Positions 59,661 through 64,000 of a stretch of 64,000 nucleotides of DNA are shown here, piece by piece. The position numbers and the translations under genes are program-made. The DNA comes from Candidatus Freyarchaeum deiterrae (GTDB lineage Archaea; Asgardarchaeota; Jordiarchaeia; Jordiarchaeales; Jordiarchaeaceae), in NCBI GenBank assembly GCA_037305845.1, contig CP147778.1:800001-864000 (forward strand), written 5' to 3'. Within the stretch, counting starts at the first letter, position 1, and each line of letters opens with the position of its first letter. The notes beneath the pieces are model-generated. The model was not told where the DNA came from. It was given only the letters and a program-made list of their open reading frames with translations, and did no database searches.

Positions 59661-60279
59661 GTAAGTTCACCTCTCTCCATTTTTTGGGTTTTGTATAATC
59701 ATTTTTTCTATTCTCACGATGGTTGTTTGTGGGATGCGGCATTGCTGTTTGGACAATTTTTTGTATTGGTTTTTAATGCGAGAGAAACTTGATGAGATGA
59801 TTTCTGCGTCGCATCCAAGGGTTTTTTGGGTGGCTCCCTCGTTTATAAATTAATGTGTCTGTTTTTTGGGGAGAATTTCCACCTTTTTCGGGATGTTTTT
59901 TGGGTGCTTTCGATTTTTTGAGGATTTTTCACTTGTTTTTTTCATTTATCTCGTTTCTTTATTTTTGGTTTTCATTTTAGAGTTTTATGAGATTCCTTTT
60001 TTTCTGGTATAAAAGAAGGAGGATACATTGCGAAAGTACCGCGTGCAAAAAATATGTAAAAAAATGGTCAAAAATTACATATTTCTGTGGGCAAAAATTT
60101 CAGATAAAAAATAGGGGGATGGCTCTTAATTGTAGTTAAGTGAGTGGATGTTCTAATGGTATATATTTAAAATTATTTGTAAGAGTCTACTGAAAAATCG
60201 TTTTATGAAGGAAATACTAAAGCTTAAAATAAAACATGTTTAATAGTGGTATAGGAACTTACTTTGAGGGGTTTGTATC

Positions 60280-61062
60280 GTGTCAGGAGAGCTTCAACCG
60301 AATAAAAACTATGCTGAAATGGTGGAAAACTGTAACAAGTTGATTGATAGAGGAACTTTTCTTTATTCTCTTGAAAAATTTGAAGAAGCCCTGGGGTGCT
60401 TTGACGAGGCTACTAAGATAAATCCGAGGGATGGAGACGCGTGGACTAATAAGGGTGCTACTCTTTACAATCTCGGCAGGTTTGATGAGGCTTTGATATG
60501 TTTTGATGAGGCGAACAAGTTAAGTCCGAACATTTCTGAGGCGTGGTATGATAAGGGGGTTATTCTTAGTGGGCTGCGTAGATATGATGATGCGTTAAAA
60601 TGCTTTGATAAGGTAACTAAATTAAGTCCAAAGCTTGTTGAAGCGTGGTATAATAAGGGTGCTGTTCTTCATAAGATTGGTAAAGTGAAGGAATCCATGA
60701 AATGCCTCGATGAAGCAATCAAGTTAAACCCTGAGTACATTGAAGTGTGGAATCTTAAAGGTGCTGTTCTTCTCGGACTTGGTAAATTTAATGAGGCCGT
60801 GAAATGCTTTGACGAGGCAATTAAGATAAACCCAAAGTTTGCTGAAGCGTGGCACAATAAGGGTCTTGTTTTTCACAAGCTTGCTAGGGATGACGAAGCA
60901 ATCAAGTGCTATGACGAAGCAATCAAAATAAATCCCAAGTATACTGAAGCATGGTATAATAAGGGCGCCGCTCTCCAGGCGCTTGGTAAGGCTGAGGAAG
61001 CCAAAAAATGCTACGATGAAGCAATCAAGATAGACCCAAGGCTTGAAAATCCGCTTAGGTAA
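60280..61062 (+). CDS. TPR-repeat protein (about 7 repeats)
   Basis: 34-aa AW.NKG..L..LG...EA..CFDEAIKINP repeats. Confidence 0.95.
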   Translation: MSGELQPNKNYAEMVENCNKLIDRGTFLYSLEKFEEALGCFDEATKINPRDGDAWTNKGATLYNLGRFDEALICFDEANKLSPNISEAWYDKGVILSGLRRYDDALKCFDKVTKLSPKLVEAWYNKGAVLHKIGKVKESMKCLDEAIKLNPEYIEVWNLKGAVLLGLGKFNEAVKCFDEAIKINPKFAEAWHNKGLVFHKLARDDEAIKCYDEAIKINPKYTEAWYNKGAALQALGKAEEAKKCYDEAIKIDPRLENPLR

Positions 61063-61263
61063 ATTTCTTCAAAACCCACTCCACTAACTCTCATTATCGA
61101 AGAATATAACGAAAATATTTGTTTCTCAATAGCTTTCGACTGAGTAATGTTTTTCATTAATACTATTGGTTGTTTTTTGGTTTTTTGAAGTAATTTTTAT
61201 ATGGTTTTCTTTGTTATGGTGTAGTCTGAAAAAATTGTTTAATTCGGTCGGTATGGTGGTTCT

Positions 61264-61605
61264 ATGGAAGAGTTACTGGGGGAAGTTCTTGGTCAAATCG
61301 ATAAGGCTAAGTCTGCGGGTGATGCTGAGGCGAGGAAGTTGGAGGCTTGGATGGCTCGGACTAGTTTGGAGCTTTTTCTTGTTAAACTGGTTTTATTGCA
61401 CGGTTTGGAGGAAAGGGATGCTCCTCCTGCGCCTAGGATTAAAAGGGACGAGCCGGATAGGGATTTGAAACTTTTGAATTTGGCTGAGGAGAAGGTTAAG
61501 GAAGCGTTGAAGTATTTCAGTGAGGAGGATTATATTTTAACGTATGAAAATGTTTGGGGGGCTAAGAATTTTCTAACCAAAATCGTAACTTCTACTCTCA
61601 GTTGA
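61264..61605 (+). CDS. Hypothetical helical protein
   Basis: 113-aa ORF with GGTGG upstream. Confidence 0.6.
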   Translation: MEELLGEVLGQIDKAKSAGDAEARKLEAWMARTSLELFLVKLVLLHGLEERDAPPAPRIKRDEPDRDLKLLNLAEEKVKEALKYFSEEDYILTYENVWGAKNFLTKIVTSTLS

Positions 61606-61719
61606 GTGAAAAACATGTTTTTTACTTTGTTGAGTTCGTTTATTGAGGTTGTTTTTTGTTTGTTTTGGTGAAAAGTTTTATTTTTGTTTTGTGTTTCTTT
61701 TGTGTGTGGGGTTTGTTTC

Positions 61720-62292
61720 TTGAAGTTGGGTGTTAGAGTTTTGGGTATTGCGGAGAGTTTTGTGAAGGGTAAGAGTGAGAGGTCTGTGCTTGCGGGAGTG
61801 GTTATGAGGGGTGATTTTCTGATTGACGGTTTTGCTTTTGCCACTATTGCTGTGGGGGGCATGGATGCTACCGAGGGTGTGATTAGTGTTTATAGGAGTT
61901 TGGATAGGAGTGATATTAACTATCTGTTTTTGAATGGTTGTGTTATTAGTTGGTTTAATATTGTGGATTTGGATCGAGTTTATGCTGAGCTCGGCATCCC
62001 TCTGGTGTGTGTAACTTATGAGGAGTCTGAGGGGTTGGAGAAGTATTTTAAGGAGTACTTTGCGGATTGGGAGGAGAGGTTACAAATCTATAATAGGTTA
62101 GGGGTGAGGGAGCTAGTCAAGCTTCGAACAGGTTATGAGGTTTATGTGCGTTATCTGGGGATGAGTAGGGAGGATGCGGTTAGGGTTTTGAACAAGTTCA
62201 CTCTTCAGGGGTCTGTTTCTGAGCCTTTAAAAACAGCTCGGCTGGTTTCAAGGGCGATTATCAGAAGCGGTATAGCTGACCTAGAGACCTAG
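61720..62292 (+). CDS. DUF99 / endonuclease V-like protein
   Basis: RVLGIAESF, GGMDAT, GCVISWFNIVD, EPLKTA. Confidence 0.85.
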   Translation: MKLGVRVLGIAESFVKGKSERSVLAGVVMRGDFLIDGFAFATIAVGGMDATEGVISVYRSLDRSDINYLFLNGCVISWFNIVDLDRVYAELGIPLVCVTYEESEGLEKYFKEYFADWEERLQIYNRLGVRELVKLRTGYEVYVRYLGMSREDAVRVLNKFTLQGSVSEPLKTARLVSRAIIRSGIADLET

Positions 62293-62398
62293 TGCGGACT
62301 AGCACCAGAATTTTTCTCTATTTTTCCCCTCTTTTTTGAAGTTTAAGGTTTGTGAGTACGCTTTTCTGTGGTTTTGCCTGTTTTGTTTTGTGTTTGTT

Positions 62399-62857
62399 TT
62401 AGGGTTTTTCGGGTTCGTTTTTCTTGTTCCAGAGGAGGTCTTCTATGGCTTGGAAGTTCATTATGCTGTCTGCTTTTCCTTCAACTATTTTGAAGACTTC
62501 GTTTTCAAAGTTTTCTAATTCCGTTTTGTCTTTTTTTCCGTCTGTGGTTAAGGTTTGTTGTTTGTCTTGGAATTTTTTGTAGATTTTTTTGATTTTTGAC
62601 AAGTCTGATGAGTCTAGCTTGGCGTCAATTAGTGATATTATTGTAAATTCGGTGTCTTTGTGGAATATGAATCCGTTTTGTCCTAGTACGAATGATGAAA
62701 AGTCCCCGTCTTTCCCTTTTTCCGAGAATTGATTGGCGAAGTCGGATATTGCTGTAACAAAGTTGGTTAGTTCTCTAATTTTCAGGGTGCTTTTAGAGTA
62801 TTCTCTGGTGAATATCATTTTGCCCTCATTTGACAGTATGTATATTGCGTGGATCAA
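62399..62857 (-). CDS. Longin-like domain protein
   Basis: IHAIYILSNEGKMIFTREY...FVTAISDFA longin / sigma-adaptin-like N-terminus. Confidence 0.7.
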   Translation of the reverse strand: MIHAIYILSNEGKMIFTREYSKSTLKIRELTNFVTAISDFANQFSEKGKDGDFSSFVLGQNGFIFHKDTEFTIISLIDAKLDSSDLSKIKKIYKKFQDKQQTLTTDGKKDKTELENFENEVFKIVEGKADSIMNFQAIEDLLWNKKNEPEKP

Positions 62858-63320
62858 GCGTTTCCCCGACCTTTATTTTTGTATTTATCCTGAAATATAA
62901 TTACAGTAATCTAAAATAAAAATTTTTTGTATATAAGATTCACTACTAGAAAATAGTGAAAAACGTTCAGTTTAAAGTAAGGGTATATTTTTAGTATAAT
63001 TCTCAAAAGACTTGGTTTAAAGTGGGTTTGCTAGTTAAAAAGTCCAAGTGGCATTCCCTCTGTTTTGAAGAGTAAAAATATGCTTGAAGTAGTGGAACAT
63101 TGCTCGGAGTGAAAATTATCGATAAATGTATCCATCTGTAAAATTTGAGAATCTTGGCACAGTAGTTTGCCACTATACTCTTATCCATGTGGAGTTATTT
63201 GGAGAAATAACATTTTTTAATAGAAGGATCAGAAGTTATGGAATGGTTAGTGAAATAACCAGAAATCCTAATAAAGGGGCGAAATATTGTTGTTCACGGA
63301 TGTAGCCCAATCGAGATAAA

Positions 63321-63842
63321 ATGGTGTTAAACTTGGCGGAATCTAGTACAGAAAAAAATGTTGTGGATACGGAAAAGTTGGATTCATCGTTTCTTAGAAA
63401 GATAATGAAGCACCCCGGCGGTGAGAAAATTCTTGTTTGTCTCCAGTGCGGGGTCTGTTCTTCCAGTTGCCCCCTAAGGTTGGTGAATCCTGATTACAAT
63501 CCGAGAAAAACGGTTAAAAAAGCAATTCTGGGCATGAAGGATCAGGTGCTATCCAACGAGTTCATCTGGTTCTGCGCAGATTGCAACGCTTGCACGGAGA
63601 GGTGTCCGCAGGGTGTTAACCCCTCAGAGGTGATGAAGGCGATAAAAAACGTGGCGGTAGAGGAGGGAGTTATGCCAGATGCGGTTAAGAAGATTGTAGC
63701 CAACCTCGAGGAACATGGAAGAGTGTATCCTATAGAGGAGTTTACACAGGATGAGAGAGAGATGCATGATTTGCCAAAAATTGAACCAGACGCCAAGCTT
63801 TTCAAGATTAACAGAAAAAAATTGTTGAGGGAAAAGAGTTGA
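63321..63842 (+). CDS. hdrC: Heterodisulfide reductase subunit C
   Basis: CLQCGVCSSSCP, WFCADCNACTERCPQGV. Confidence 0.9.
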   Translation: MVLNLAESSTEKNVVDTEKLDSSFLRKIMKHPGGEKILVCLQCGVCSSSCPLRLVNPDYNPRKTVKKAILGMKDQVLSNEFIWFCADCNACTERCPQGVNPSEVMKAIKNVAVEEGVMPDAVKKIVANLEEHGRVYPIEEFTQDEREMHDLPKIEPDAKLFKINRKKLLREKS

Positions 63843-64000
63843 GTGAAGAGGAGTTTGCACTATTCTTAGGATGCACCATTCCAGTGAGGGGTATCGGTTA
63901 CGAGATATCCACTAGGAAGGTTGCTAAGGAGTTGGGAATTAAACTAGTCGATCTCAACTTCTCCTGTTGCGGTTATCCTCTAAAAAGTGTGGACATGGTT
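63839..64000 (+). CDS. hdrB: Heterodisulfide reductase subunit B, 5' part (runs off window)
   Basis: TTG overlapping the hdrC stop: MSEEEFALFLGCTIPVRGIGYEISTRKV...FSCCGYP. Confidence 0.85.
   Translation, partial: MSEEEFALFLGCTIPVRGIGYEISTRKVAKELGIKLVDLNFSCCGYPLKSVDMV

Noticed and set aside
57800-61040. DNA repeats in the HEAT and TPR genes as an array
   Set aside because: The periodicity (93 and 102 bp) is explained by protein repeats.
46380-61862. Hydrophobic or Lys/Asn/Thr-rich short ORFs (46380, 51862, 51975, 52792, 59580, 61166, 61530)
   Set aside because: By-products of the G/T versus A/C skewed DNA, overlapping real genes or T-rich intergenic regions.
1760-63842. TGA stops (pstK, selB, 27378, 52274, hdrC) read as Sec codons
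   Set aside because: Each falls at the expected family C-terminus or overlaps the next start. I saw no homologous continuation or SECIS.

Overview
Archaeal chromosomal DNA, most likely from an Asgard archaeon. This is an inference from tandem Rab-like GTPases, several Roadblock/longin-fold proteins, an RPB5-like subunit with an N-terminal jaw domain, CDC48, JAB/MPN and HdrBC. Main points: (1) A clustered selenocysteine-synthesis locus (pstk, selB, sepSecS) with a tRNA-Sec gene at 10384-10536 (- strand) that the ORF track hides. It is interrupted by two non-canonical BHB introns, one in the D-loop and one in the T-loop. (2) A repeated module of a divergent Roadblock-fold protein plus a 7-TM protein with GPCR-like topology. 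There are two 7-TM genes, three Roadblock-like paralogs, one truncated remnant and a shared promoter motif. (3) A 221-bp ORF-less IS200/IS605 element with intact end signals and a probable omegaRNA. (4) An archaeal riboflavin operon containing an amidohydrolase that fits the missing deaminase step. (5) A canonical/deviant Rab-like GTPase pair. (6) Abrupt A/C to G/T compositional switch points, one inside a gene. The rest is housekeeping and metabolic genes plus a HEAT/TPR-rich accessory block. All family calls come from motif recognition by eye; no searches were run.
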